This document shows, one piece after another, positions 16,450 through 29,970 of a stretch of 64,000 nt of DNA (position 1 is the first letter of the stretch; the number at the start of each line of letters is the position of its first letter). Made by a program: the position numbers and the translations under genes. The notes beneath the pieces were generated by a model, which searched no databases, had not been told where the DNA came from, and saw only the letters and a program-made list of their open reading frames with translations. This stretch comes from Eledone cirrhosa. Its lineage: Eukaryota. The stretch is from positions 273,234,001-273,298,000 of the forward strand of contig OZ024742.1 of NCBI GenBank assembly GCA_964016885.1, given 5' to 3'.

Positions 16450-18490
16450 AGCTATCAGGCCTCACTCATACCAACACTTTCGCTTCCACCCACATGCAGT
16501 GTGCCTAGCACCTAGGCTGGTGAAAACCAGCCAGTTACCCCTGATGCCATTTGGTGCCTCAGTCCCCGGCTGCACGCCTCATCCTCCATCCCCACCAGTC
16601 GACATCTGCAGCACTTGCAGCACTATGAACAGCTCTGGAGTTGTCCGAGTCGACCTCTCGAAAAAATCCGTTGTCAACGCCAATGTTTAGGCCTTTGGGC
16701 AAGCACCCATTCCAAAAGAGCCACAACAACTTCTCTTCGATGCCTCCACCCCTGAGGCCAGCGCCAAGCGTTTGTGTGACCACGTAAACGCGAAACCTTA
16801 TCATGGGTGATATCTCGGCCGCAGTCAGAGTGGTTGACTCCGAGGACACTGTCCTCCAACCCACCGAGGAGGTCCTGGCTGTCCTGCGACTCAAGCACCC
16901 TGAGCCACCCGCTACCCTACGACCCATAACCCCTACCAATCCCCAACTGCTCCGACGCAGACATCATGTCTGCCATCTGACCGCTCTCAGGAAGATAGAG
17001 GGTGGCATACGCCCCATCGCTGTGGGCAATGTCCTCCGAAGGCTGGCTGCTAAGGTGGTCTGCAGTCCATAACACCTGAATTGGGTGAGGAGTTCAGTCA
17101 GGTGCAACTTGGTGTCGGCGTGTCCGGTGGCTGTAAGGAGGCCGCACATGCAACCAGGAAGTTCTTCGATAGCTGCCCACCGGGGATGGCATCCAAGGTC
17201 TCCAGACACCTCATTGTCAAGCTTGACATGAGGAATGTCTTTAACTGCATAAGCCGGGACCATCTGCTCGATGACTGTCTCGCGGGAGGCCCCTCCGTCT
17301 ACCCGCTGGCTTACTTGTCATATGAAGCCCTGAGCATGCTCCTTGCTGCTGATACCGCCATACCTTCGGCCACTGGGGTCTAAAAGGGAGACCCTTTGGG
17401 GCCCCTCCTGATTGCCCTTGGTATAAACCACATTGACTGTGTAGACAGTCTGCCAAGACCTTCAATCGGTGCTTGGTACCCTGGGGGGAAATCGGCCTCC
17501 TGGTCAACTCGTCCAGGTCGGAGGTGGTGAATGTAGGCCATAATGCTGAGATCTTTGCAGCATCCGTTTCGGACGTACGCTCAATTCTCCACCAGGTACA
17601 GGTGACTCCAGAGAGGATGTCCTCATCTTCGGGTCACCGAACAACTCACCGGTCATCCGCCCTAGCATCAGATCAAGTCTCCCCAAAACGTATGGGATGC
17701 CATCCAGGGTAGCCTGGCCTCAGATAGGCTTACGCGCCAGCTCGACCAGCACCGCCTTGCCTGTTTTCGTGCAGCCTCCAAACCCCACAGTGGTGCCTGG
17801 TTCCATGCCTTGCCCTCCTCCACTGGCACGCAGCTGTATAACGATAGGCTGCGCCTCGGTGTTTGCTTAAGGCTTGGACTCCAGATCTACAAGCCACATA
17901 AATGTTGCTGTGGATCCGCCGTGGACGCTTTCTGCGTCCACCCGCTTTTTTCTCGCCACATTGCCGGCCATTTTCCACACCATGATCCCCTCAACAAGGT
18001 CATTAAGCATGGCTTGGATGCTGCAGTCTTCCCCTCCCAACTCGAGCCGGTGGGACTGGACCGAGTGGATAGCAAAAGGCCAGACGGTATGACCATCTTC
18101 CCGTTCCGCGGTGGCAAACCCCTCGTCTGGGATGACACGTGAAGGCGACACGTTCCCCAGCCGCAACCTGGTGCAGTTTGTGACTAACCCAGGTACTCCT
18201 GCACGTCGGGCTGAGGAGGCCAAACTCTCCAACCACCGGTCGTGCCCTTGGCAGTGGAGACTTCTTATGTCATTGAACCTAGGTCTACCTCCCTATTCAC
18301 CATCATAGCCGTAGAGCTGGCTAGCCGCAGGTGTGAGCCTCGCGAGTTGGAATGGCTCTTCCAGCGCATCTCTCTTACCATCCTCAGTGGAAACGCCTTC
18401 TCCATCATGTCCGCCGGGGCTAGGGGAGCCAGCACGTGGGACACAATTTGCTAAACATACTGATTGATAGGCAAAGTTTTAAAATATTGT
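16450..18490 (+). mobile_element. Degenerate CRE-clade non-LTR retrotransposon (RT + restriction-like endonuclease), internally deleted
   Basis: RT motifs ALRKIEGGIRPIAVGNVLRRLAAK, QLGVGVSGGC, KLDMRNVFNCISR and GV*KGDPLG. Zinc/RLE region CCCG...H...RPDGMTIFPFRGGKPLVWD and WLFQRISLTILSGNA. Confidence 0.88.
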
Positions 18491-20127
18491 GAAGTACATG
18501 TGTTCATATTAATCTAAGTGTGCTTGAAAACTCAATTAGTTTAAGACGGCATGTACATGTTCTCAACAGATTGAGTGTCGTATATTATGATACATGATCA
18601 GATGTAATATGTATGCATGCATTTATTTATGTTTGTACGCGTATGTATGTAACAAACGTTTAGCCAAACGGCACCAAATTTGCACCATAGATGTAACTTT
18701 TTCCAAGTAAGAAAGTGAGGGTATTTTTGCCTACTAAAAGATTAAAGATATATTATTGTTTATTTAAATATTCACTTCTTTAAAATTTTCAAATGTCGAC
18801 TCTCTTTCTTAGTCTGTCCTTTTAGATAGATACATAGCTATAACGTTGCACCCTTAAAATATGTCTATGTATGTCTGGCTGTCTGCATTATGAAAACCAT
18901 TCTCTACATTGACTTCGCTATCTGTGTGTGTGCGTATATATGTATATATATATAGTTTATATATATATATATATATAAGGCCACATAATGTGTGACGAAA
19001 GAACTTTGACAATATATGAACAACCGTCAGGTTGTGTAACCAACCAACCAACCGGAAATTTATACATTTTACAATTTATAATTTAATTTATAATAAATTG
19101 GAGTGATAGCAACTGGTGCGTGTGTTTCTTATTGGCAACATAACCCTCCCAAAGTATAAAAATATCGGTTTCAACAAACGTTTTCAGATAAAGAATCTTG
19201 CTAAACAAATTCAGAAAAGAAATATCGCAAGCCTTAGCCAAGCTAACAAGATGGTGAAAACCACCATGTTCTGTTGTCTACGAAAAACAATAACATCTCG
19301 ACAACTACACTGCATAAAGAATGTGCCTCATCCCCAGTTTACACCAACACCATCAACACCGATGTAAGAAGATTACATCTTCCCAAAAAACAAGCAGATA
19401 GGCTAAAACGAACACTAATTCTAACCATAAAAAAGAAGATTTACAGAGACTTAAGTCATTAAGAAAAACACAAGCGTAACCTAATACAAGAAATAACTAA
19501 GATCACCACACCAAAAGAAAAATTAGAATACATAAACATTATACACGAAGAAGAAAAGCACATCATCCAATAATGCAACAAACACTTTAACAAGAAATTA
19601 ACGTGGCTCAAACAGATGAAACTAAACTAAGAAACTTCAGATAGCATTGATGGTATAAACATGGCCGACATCTTATTAACGGACGAATTCAACAACAACA
19701 ACACAACTATATAGCGCAACACTACAGTAGACTCTGATGAACTATCCATATTACAGCTAACACCTAAATATGCAACATATAATGAGGTAAATATGATAAG
19801 ATTCTTGTCAGAATTAGAAAAATCATTTACAAAATTAAGTTGGAGCCTCATAAAAAACAACAAAAACAAAAACAAAAGTAGCATACGCACACACACAGAC
19901 ACACAACACACATCCCAACAACAACAGTCACACAGACACAAACAACGAGGACAACAACAGCACACACGACAATAATAACATACACAGAGACAACACAAAT
20001 AACAACAACACACATCAACATCAACACACATCAACAACAACACACATCAACAACAACAACACACACACATCCTATGCCTCTCACCACCATAACAATCTTA
20101 ACAGACACACCGACACAGAAAACAGAT

Positions 20128-20281
20128 AATTGTCTCTACTTTAGGCAAATGCCAGCAAATTATCCAGTGCATTACTGGTACTTTATTTTATCGACCCCGT
20201 AAGGATGAAAGGCAAAGGGAACCTCGGCGGGATTTGAACTCAGATCGTAAAGGGACGTAACTATGCTGGAAAGCATGGCGT
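20128..20281 (-). mobile_element. tRNA-derived SINE nested in a PLE
   Basis: Same family as 14415-14590 (actggtactttattttatcgaccccgtaaggatgaaaggcaa...ggatttgaactc). Confidence 0.85.
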
Positions 20282-22635
20282 AATGACAGTAACACAGAAG
20301 TAAGGGAAGGTAATGGGATTGAAAGAAGAAAAAGACTATCTATACGGACAGAGAAAATAACCAGGACGAACACACAGACACAGAAAATAGAGTAGAAAAT
20401 AACAATGAACCAGAGTAAAGAGACAGGAGTAATAATCAGAGACATAGAAACAACCATGAGGCTGTTGGTGGAAATAGAAATAGAAACAACACAACTAACA
20501 ATAACAATAGCAATAGAACATATAACACAGCAGCCTGGAATTCTACTTTTTATAACCCTTCCGATATGTCCTTCGAACTACGACGAGTCGACGCCACGAC
20601 TTTAGATTTAACAAACGCACGCATTTGCCGTCGCAAGTCGATGAAAAAACAGAAGCACAATTTAATATAGCTAGATTTAAACTTAGAAATATTATAGAAC
20701 AGTATAGCAAGAAGCAAAATAAAATGGAGGCCCAGCAACTGGGAGAACAATCTGCAGATGGCTTGCGTAACCTCATGCAGCGCACACGTAGTGGAGAGAT
20801 TGCATGCTTTCCAACAGACAAGTCTGGCAGAATGTCAGTTGACAGTCCGTCAAACTATATCCAGGTAATGCAACCCCACATCACTAATATAAGAGAAGTA
20901 ACCACCACAGGAGCATGAGGATAGAGAGAAAACCCTCAACGATCATATGATGATGTGGACAAACATAATGCAGCCTAATAAAGGGACTGCCAACAACTTC
21001 CAGGCCTGGAACAATGACGTGCCAGCGTTGTATGGGCTTCGAAAAGACCATAAGACGAACAGCGACCCAGTCATAGGACCACCAACACGGCCAGTCTGTG
21101 GAGCTAACATTGCTAGTAACTACAGACTTTCCTACTTCCTCTCCCTGATCGTACGCCCCATCATTGAAATATCTCCGGATATATGTGACAGCACGGAGGA
21201 CCGTCTCAGCAGAATCAGCGAAAATATCCCATCTAGGGACCTAACAGACTGTATAATAGGTGGTATGGATGTTGTGTCCCCACACCCATCAATCGACGGG
21301 GATTTTGCTGTGGAGAAATGCGTAGATATGATCAGTAAGAGCAATGTGGAATTCCGTGGGATTGATACCAGTGAGCTGGGACTCCTACTTAAACTTATTT
21401 ATAGTAATGGCTATCGAGATAGTATGACATTAGAAAACCTCTTCCCCACAAGGCCAGCAAGAGGCAAATCACCTACCATTACCTCAATGGCCAAGAAACC
21501 CACACAGAAAGATGGAACGGGTGGACCAGAGTCATACGGACCCCCGAAAACCATGACGAACTAAAGAAAATGATTGCACATGCGATGGGGGCCAGTATAA
21601 AAAACTAACCCTTAAGGAACATATTTTCAAATTTAACGGAAAAACTGCACCGACGCTAGAGGCCGAGACTCACACACCACACATTTCCTGGAAGTACTCA
21701 AACTGAACGGATACACGACATCCACCACAAACCGTGCCAGAAAGAAGAGGACACCACACCCGAGGCACTAACACTTGCTTCCTGAAGCTGACCACACTTC
21801 AGTGAAGAAACAACAACAGCCATCCGCAGAGCCATCAGACGAGAAGGACTAGATATCCAACTGGCGCACTCAGGTCCTTCTCTGCGCGGACAGCTAGCCA
21901 AAAGACACTCCACCAGACATGACAACTGCTGCAGACTAGCCAACTGCCCCATCAACGACACAGACCTATGCCACCAGGCTTACGTCGTATACAGTCTAGA
22001 GTGTGACAAATGCAACAACTTCTACGTAGGTAGCACCACCAGACCACTCCACATAAGAATAAAAGAACACCTCAATGCTAACGCTTCCTCATTTAAGAAA
22101 CACCTAGTTAAATGCAAAAACACCGACAAAACCATAACAGTTAGGATAGAAACTACGGAAAGAAACCTCGGCAATCTTAGAATTAAGGAAGCACTAATTA
22201 TAGATAAAACACAACCACCAATCAACAATAGACTAGAACTCAACACCCAATTTATAACCTGATAGGGCTTCTAGCCCCATATTTACACCCCCACACACAC
22301 ACGCTTACACCTCCACTTATTCTCTCTCACACATACACACACAAAACCAGTTCTAACACCAGATAACACCTATCCCCCACATTTACGAATAGACTTATCT
22401 TCTCACACTCACACACACACACTAACATACTTACACTTCATGCATTCTCCCACACACTTAAAGAGGCATGTATATAAACAAAACAAAACCTTAAACAAAC
22501 CCCTGTTAAAGGGAGACTACTCTTTATTCACCTAATTTTAAATCTTTGGCATTAGAAATAGAACAGTTACTCTATACTATTTCCTGTCAGCATGGCTTGG
22601 CAAGATATTTAGAACGCTGGTTTGAGACCTTTATT

Positions 22636-22673
22636 TCCCTCTGAAGAAGAGATATTATCTCGAAAATTAAGGA
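22636..22673 (+). ncRNA. Minimal hammerhead motif (dimer type)
   Basis: cct-CTGAAGA-a-gagat att atctc-GAAA-at-TA-agg. Stem III is reduced to the palindrome AATT. Confidence 0.7.
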
Positions 22674-22785
22674 CATTTAAATAAATCTAAGGTAAAAGAC
22701 GAATTGTCAAAAATATCTTTTGAATTGCATTCTTTTTTCTATGTCCATACCTGCATTGTTTTGGCTTTATTATACCTATTCAAAC

Positions 22786-22830
<45 letters not shown>

Positions 22831-22831
22831 C

Positions 22832-23007
<176 letters not shown>

Positions 23008-23012
23008 ATATA

Positions 23013-23062
<50 letters not shown>

Positions 23063-23090
23063 TAACAGTGACCGAGTTTGAAATTAGAAA

Positions 23091-23254
23091 ATATATAGCT
23101 TTCACCGTATTTTTGACTAAAGGAATTTTAGCTTGATAACGGGGTTTAGAACCCTCAGATAAATGGAAAAAGATACTCAGCTTTTTCCATTTATCTGAGG
23201 GTTCTAAACCCCGTTATGAAGCTAAAATTCTTTTAGTCAAAAATACGGTGAAAG

Positions 23255-23262
<8 letters not shown>
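23091..23262. repeat. Long inverted repeat, 82-bp arms with an 8-nt spacer
   Basis: 23091-23172 is the reverse complement of 23181-23262, with 2 mismatches seen. Confidence 0.95.
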
Positions 23263-23288
<26 letters not shown>

Positions 23289-23353
23289 TATAGGTATGTC
23301 CCAAAGCTCTGAATACCATCAACACTATAAACACAGAGCTGGCATATCTAAGA

Positions 23354-23425
23354 ACTGACTAATTGACTGATGAGGTCATAGCCATTCAATGGCTATCTGG
23401 CTCTCATCGAAATATATATAGCAGT
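23354..23425 (+). ncRNA. Hammerhead-like motif in a solo pLTR tail (23285-23465)
   Basis: CTGATGA at 23367, long hairpin gtca-tagccat tca atggcta-tc-tggc, then GAAA-tatata-TA and a following aataaa. The core register is ambiguous because gatgag also pairs with ctcatc. Confidence 0.55.
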
Positions 23426-23460
23426 AAATAAAAATTATGAGTTCATGCAATTGACTTTCG

Positions 23461-23543
<83 letters not shown>

Positions 23544-23869
23544 ATGTGTGTGTATACGTGAGTGTATACGTGGATGCATAAACATATATATATATACAAA
23601 TATACACATATACTTACGCACAATTATACATACGTACTTATACTTACATACATAAACACACACACAAACACACCCACACACGCACTCACACACACATACG
23701 TACATATGCACCACAAACACACACATACATATTACTCTTTTACTCTTCTACCTGTTCCAGCCATGTATATATATGTATGTATGTATGTAAACAATAATCA
23801 GAAATAACACAACCATGCAGTATATGGAAGGGCTATATTAGTTTAACGCTTAATATATCAGGAAGAGGG

Positions 23870-23906
23870 TATTAACGTTTAGGACTCTAGTCCTTCGTCA
23901 GAAGAA
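23870..23906 (-). ncRNA. Hammerhead motif in 3' pLTR (G12>U)
   Basis: Minus strand reads CTGACGA-a-ggac taga gtcc-TAAA-cgt-TA. Palindromic AACGTT stem III; stem I not evident. Confidence 0.6.
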
Positions 23907-24369
23907 AATAAGAGAAGTAATATAGATTGAGGGGAAAGGCGGGTTTGATTTGGAAAAAAATGTCTTTAGATCAAAATAACAGGTCCATTCATTTTGACAT
24001 CCCTTGCAAAACTGTTGGTGCTGGCGTTTTGTGTATATTTTATTTTTTAGAAGAGTGGATGATGGAGCACGTCTATCTGAAATGGAAAAAAAAAAAACGT
24101 TTTTAAAAAAGAGCTATACTTGTGCACTTGCGTAAGCATGTGTGTGTGTTATAAGTCCGTATGAAGCTAAGAAGAAATATGTGTGTATATGTGAGTAAAA
24201 AAGGGTGTGTGCATGTAAGTACGATGCTCTGAGCAAAAGTATATTAATATGTGTGTGTATGTGTGTATACAAAGCAGTGACGGGAAAAGTGCAGTGAGCA
24301 TATATAGTCGGCATGTATTAGCTGTAAGAGAATACTTTAATGATCAAAAGAAAGCGATATGAATCTGGG

Positions 24370-27100
24370 GGTGTGATAATGGACGAGGTATTAGAGAAAT
24401 TGGGGAGGTGAGTTGAGTCCAAGAGGAGAATAAGAGCCAAGGCGGTGAATCAGACTTTATTCAGGCCTGGTGCGCGAGGCCTGTGTTCCATGATGTAAAA
24501 GGACACCCAGGACTCAAACATGTAGGGAAGAATGACCAGGAAAACAGAAATGACGGGCGACAGGAGTATCCAAACCGAGTCGTATGTCCCACAAATGTTC
24601 GGCAAAATGGTCCGCCATACGGCGACCCGTTTGTCCGATATATAAAGACCCGCAAAGAGAACAATTGGAGGGCATAGAAACTGTGGGTGGATGTGCAGAT
24701 GAAGGAATAGCGGATACGGAAAGACCCGTTAGGGCCTGTAAGAGTGGTGAGGGTGCAAATAAAGTAACAAATGTTGCAGCGGAAACGGGAACAAGGATGA
24801 GAGCCGGGTGGAGTCGTGGGAGAGGACGAAAAGCAACTGCGAACCAGGAGGACTTGGAGGCTGCGTGCGGGTGGGTTTGGAACAAAAGCGAAAATTGACG
24901 TCAGAAGAGAGGGTACGGAAGGGACGGAGGATATGTCGCCGGAGTGGTAAGTTGATGGGATGGTAGTTAAGAGGGACATTAACACGGGTGTTGGGAGGAC
25001 AGGGATGAGGTGAGAGGTCTCTGCTACGGTCTGTTTCACGGGCGCGGGTGAGAGCATCTTGGATCAGGGTTGGGAGATATCCAGGCTGGATGATGCAGGA
25101 AGCCATGCAAAGGGAATGGGTTTGGAAATCGTCGTCCTGGCTACGGAGCCGACGAAGACGGAGGAATTGGGAATAGGGTATGGAGTGTTTGGTTTGGGTG
25201 GGATGGGAGGAGGTGAAGTCGAGGTAAGATTGTTAGTCTGTTGGTTTAATGACGATGGATGTAGAGAGAGTGATTAATAGTAGGAGAGATATCTAGAAAA
25301 GCGACAGATGAATCGGAGACAGAGGCGATGAAATTGAGAGCAAGATGGAAAGATTGGACAAAAGAAATAAAACAGTCAAGCTGTTCTCGTGATAGAGAAT
25401 GTCACCTATACGGTCGTCAATATAACGACTGTAGAGCTCAGGAGTCGATCCAGCGTACTGGGAGATGATCTGGGATTCGTCGTAGCCAACAAACATGTTA
25501 GCATACTTTGGACTCATTCTGGTTCCCATCGCTACCCAAGAGACCTGCTGATAAAATTCACCCGAAAAAGAAAATCCGTTGAGGGTGAGAACAAGCTCAG
25601 CCAGACGGAGGAGGGTGGTAGTGTTGGGGTAAAGGGTAGGGCGTAAATCTAAAAAAATGTTGAAGAGCGCGGAGGCCGTCATCATGATGGATGACGGTAT
25701 AGAGAGGGGTGATGTCCAGGGTAAAGAGAAGGTGGGGGGGACCAGGAGGGAAGGAGAAAGAGTTGAATAGTCTAAGGGCATGATTTGTATCGAGGACGTG
25801 GGAGGGGAGATTGCCGACCAATGGGCCGAGGATGGTGTCTAAATATTCAAAAATTATCTCGGTGGGGCAGTTGCACGCAGAAACGATAGGACGACCAGGA
25901 TTATTTTGTTTGTGTATTTTGGGGAGGAAGTAGATGGTGGATGTGTGAGGGGTGCGTACAATAAGGTTGGTGGCTGTGGGGAGTAGGAGAGAGGAGGAGA
26001 TGAGCTAGTGGATGGTGTAGAACACGAGTGGTTTGTAGCCAGGATTGGGTCGGAGGATAAAGGGCGGTAAAAAGTGTATTGTAAAGCTGGCGGAGGACGT
26101 CAGCCCTATACAGGTCAGCGCTCCAAACTACCACAGCGCCACCTTTGTCAGCGGATTTGATGACAATGTCATGGCGACGCCGAAGGTTGCGAAGTGAGGA
26201 GAGCTCTGTGCGCGTGATGTTTGAACGACGAGAATGCTGGTGGAAACGGAACCGGTTCACAGTACGCCGGCAAGTATCGACAAAGGAGTCGAGTGTGCTG
26301 AACTGGTCAGAGCTCGGCGTCCAATGTGATTGCCGGCGACTGAGACGAGCGAAGTCATCCGTCTGTGTCGATGATGGTGTGTCGTGAAAAAAAGCTTTCA
26401 TCTTTAATCGACGGAAGAACCGTTCAATCTCGTCACGTGTGCGGAACTCGTCGCAGGTAGATGTGCTTGGTATAAGACGCAAACCACGGACGAAGAGGGA
26501 GCGCTCAGATTCGGAGAGTGGTGAGTACAGTGCAGGGACGTGAGGGAGTGAATGAGGGGGAGGCGGTTGGGTTAAGGTGGTTGGGCAAAGCGTGTGCAGA
26601 TTCAGAGGTGGGGAGAGGAAAGGGGGTATTAGGTGAGGGGATAGAGAGGTTAGGGTTAGAGGTGATATGAGTATGGGTGGTGACGGCAGGCCTGGAGCGG
26701 AGAGAGTCGAGTTTGTGTTTTTTTATGGAAGTGAGGAAATTGTAAAGGAAGCGATTGGGGTAAAGGATGAATTGGATAAGCGCTTGGGCGAGGAAAGGGT
26801 GGCAAGTCGAGGATAGATGGAGGTAGGCCTTGGGGAGATCTTGGTCAAGTGAATGGATTTGGGCGAGAGTTGATCGAATGGTTGTCCGCATGAGCTGGCG
26901 AGAGAAGCAGGTAAGGATGAGCTCAGTGATGGGAGCAGAGTAAGAGGTGTGGTGAAACTGGAGTCGGAAACCGGGAGGGGGGGGGTGAGGTGGTGGTGAG
27001 ACAGCGACTTAAAAATGTGATGTGACTGTTGTGTCGTGTTTTGGTGAAGATGAAGTTGGAGAGATGCAGGGACGATTGGATGCATATAGGTGCGGGGAGG
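24370..27100 (-). pseudogene. PLE RT + GIY-YIG remnant (multiple frameshifts)
   Basis: FFRRLKMKAFF, IVIKSADKGGAVVVW, PGRPIVSAC, LDITPLYTVIHH, AMGTRMSPKYAN and RYIDD. Cys linker CSRFRCNIC. GIY-YIG CSLCGSLYIGQTGRRMADHFAEH. Confidence 0.92.
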
Positions 27101-27518
27101 TTGGAGGAAGCACTTGAGAGTAGAGTGGAACTAGCGGAGAAAAGATTTGAGATTGGGCATATTGAAGGTACTAGGGTGGGGGGAGTGAACAATAGATGGG
27201 TGAGCAGAAAAAGGTGGTGTAAGAAGATTGTAGAAGGGGAAAATTTGTAGAGAATCGTGGAATATTTAAATGCAAGAAGCAAAGAAAATTTCAATGATAC
27301 GAAAGATTTCCTGGTGGAAGTTCAGGTGTACTCTGCTTTGCTATCCACTTTCGGGGTGAAACTCCAATTAGAAAATCCGATGAATTTTGAGAGGTCTAAG
27401 TAAGCGTGTATATATATATGTATGTATGTATGTAAAAGGCAAACAGAAATGACAACACAATCGGTAGAATATATGGAAGGGATATATTAGTTTAAAGCTT
27501 GATGTTGCAGGAAGAGGG

Positions 27519-27555
27519 TATTAACGTTTCGGACGCTGGTCCTTCACCAGAAGAA
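27519..27555 (-). ncRNA. Hammerhead motif in 5' pLTR (A6>G)
   Basis: Minus strand reads CTGGTGA-a-ggac cagc gtcc-GAAA-cgt-TA. The consensus of the two pLTR copies restores a canonical core. Confidence 0.6.
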
Positions 27556-27678
27556 AGAATTAGAAATAAGATAGATCTTTAGATAAAATTAACAGGTCCA
27601 TTTATGTTGACATATCTTGTAAAATGTTGGTGCTGGCGTTTTTTGTATGATTTATTTTTTTTAAAAACTGGATGAGTA

Positions 27679-27752
<74 letters not shown>

Positions 27753-27755
<3 letters not shown>

Positions 27756-28754
27756 TACTTCAATTATCCGGCGTTTCCCGGGTTTTAGCTGTTCTTATTT
27801 TCATTAATAAACAATAAATATGAAGATTTCTTTTTCTCATAATTATTTCAATACATCTATATTTTATTAAAAAAGTATTAAAATTGTAATGATAAAAGAA
27901 TTAAGAAATGAAAATCTGTCAATCTTGAAGCAGCTTAGTGTAATTTTGTTGGTGTCCAAATGAATAAATTATTGCTACACACCCACACATATACACTCTC
28001 ACATACATTCATATACATATACTAACACACACACAAATACACGCATAGCGTTTCACCTCACTTTTTTTCAGTTGCTACATATATATATGTATCTCTAGAT
28101 GTGTGTGCGCGTATTTAGTAACGTACCCAATGAATGCACACATACATATTCATATACAAAATGTGATCTTGTTATTTGGTTTTCTATTGTTTTAATCCAA
28201 ATGAAGATACAAATCATCGCACATACACTCTCACATGCACATTCTCAAATACACTCACACACAAATACACTCATATACACTCACATACATAGATTAAGAC
28301 AGACACACGCAGACATACATTCACACACAACTATTACACTTGTCTGTCATCACATATGTATATGTATGTGTAGATGTGTTGGTGCTTAATTCCCTGTGTT
28401 TGAAGTTATGCAACTTACTAAGGCTATATGTATGTGCGTATAATTAGTTTAGGCATAACGTAAACACGCACACATTTGCAGATACATACACACTAATATA
28501 CAAAATATGATTTTGTGGTGGTGGCGGTTGTGATTTACTATAGTTGACTATACAAAGTTTACTTTACATAAAATGTTATACCGTTTTAATTCAAATGAAA
28601 ATAAAGCTTACATGGTGACACTCCCGGGGTCTAATACATTTACCTTGTAAAATTTGATTTGATTTGGGTGAGCCGTTTGCGAATGCATAAGAACGAACAT
28701 ACAGAGAGATAGACACAGAGAATATGTCATATCAATTGGGGAGAAACACACACA

Positions 28755-28800
<46 letters not shown>
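27753..28800. mobile_element. Possible non-autonomous Helitron/Helentron-like repeat
   Basis: Starts tactac...atccggcgtttcccggg (short subterminal hairpin) directly after (TA)n and contains internal (CA)n. Resemblance only; boundaries are uncertain. Confidence 0.25.
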
Positions 28801-28829
<29 letters not shown>

Positions 28830-29589
28830 ACAAACACACAGACAGAGTTTAATAATTGAACAAAGAACAAAAAACAGGGAGGCAGTACAAATGATATGGT
28901 TTTTAATTTCACTATATATATAGTTTTTAGTTTCACTATATATATACACACATAGATACATGTACATATGTACCTATGTGTTAAATCGAACATTAATAAT
29001 AATGTTTAATTCATTTGTAAAGAAACGCTCCGATATGATGCAGTGCCGTGCCGTTGACCGATCGTCACCTGTTTGTCCAACACTGGATTTGTTTACAAAA
29101 GAATCGAATATTATTATTAATGTTTGATATAACCCATAGGTTCATATATATATATATATATATATTGTTGTACTTGCGGAGGGTCATATTGTTGTAATAA
29201 TATAGCCAGCAATAATAACAAACACACTTATATTTAAGTATGTATGTGTATGTATGTATGTGTGTGTGTGTATTTGTACGCTTACATACTTACATTTATG
29301 TATCAGCTGTGCTAGAACGGGAAATAAAATTGTATTTTTATTCATATATATATATAAATATACATATATACATACATATACATATGTACACACACACACG
29401 TATATATATATAAGATGGCGTTAAGGGTGAAAGCAGTGATTCTTCGCTTAAACTTTAATCTGTTATTTTAATATATATATAGATATATAATTCTGAAGCC
29501 GAGAATCATTCGGTTTCCTAAATAGAATATTAATCTACCACTTCATTCATACCATAAACGAGGTTTTGTCTTTACGTGTAATTGTTCTC

Positions 29590-29655
29590 AAAAAAGCAAA
29601 GATAATACGTCATTATGTGGAACGCCACATAATGACGTATTATCTTCGCTTTTTT
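29590..29655. repeat. Inverted repeat, 31-bp arms with a 4-nt loop, in the 5' pLTR only
   Basis: aaaaaagcaaagataatacgtcattatgtgg-aacg-ccacataatgacgtattatcttcgctttttt. Confidence 0.92.
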
Positions 29656-29766
29656 ACGTTCATAGCCAGGGAACGTTTTCACGAACCAAAGTATCGTCTT
29701 CCTCTTTTCCTTCGGTTGTAACGTTTATCGAAATATTTACTTCTGCGTTCACAGATAGATTTTTTT

Positions 29767-29816
29767 AGTTTCAGAAGATCACGTTAAGGGTGAAAGCACC
29801 GATTTTTGCTTGAACT
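29767..29816 (+). ncRNA. Hammerhead motif with U4A core (5' pLTR)
   Basis: agttt-CAGAAGA-t-cac gttaa ggg-t-GAAA-gca ccgatttt tgc-TT-gaact. Confidence 0.7.
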
Positions 29817-29970
29817 TTAATAAGTTATTTTAATAAATATTTGCTCTAGGGTTCTTATATATTTGATATATATTTATCATTACCGAGCGTTCTTTGTATT
29901 TTAGTCTTCAAATTTATTATTATTACTGTTTGGCTCCCTCGGTTGAGCACTTTATTGACTTATATTCATC

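Larger units (their letters stand above)
19100..22787 (+). mobile_element. Degenerate PLE (lineage distinct from the Naiad-like copies), RT core deleted, with terminal HHR
   Basis: PTDKSGR, LYGLRKDHK, PPTRPVCGA, MDVVSPHPSID and HIFKFNGK. These are followed by the GIY-YIG VVYSLECDKCNNFYVGSTTRPLHIRIKEH...IKEALII...PPIN (~21980-22260). Confidence 0.85.
23790..27675 (-). mobile_element. Near full-length decayed Neptune-like PLE flanked by direct pLTRs
   Basis: Diverged direct repeats at ~23790-24063 and ~27435-27675, each with an HHR-like core; ORF remnant lies between them. Confidence 0.88.
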
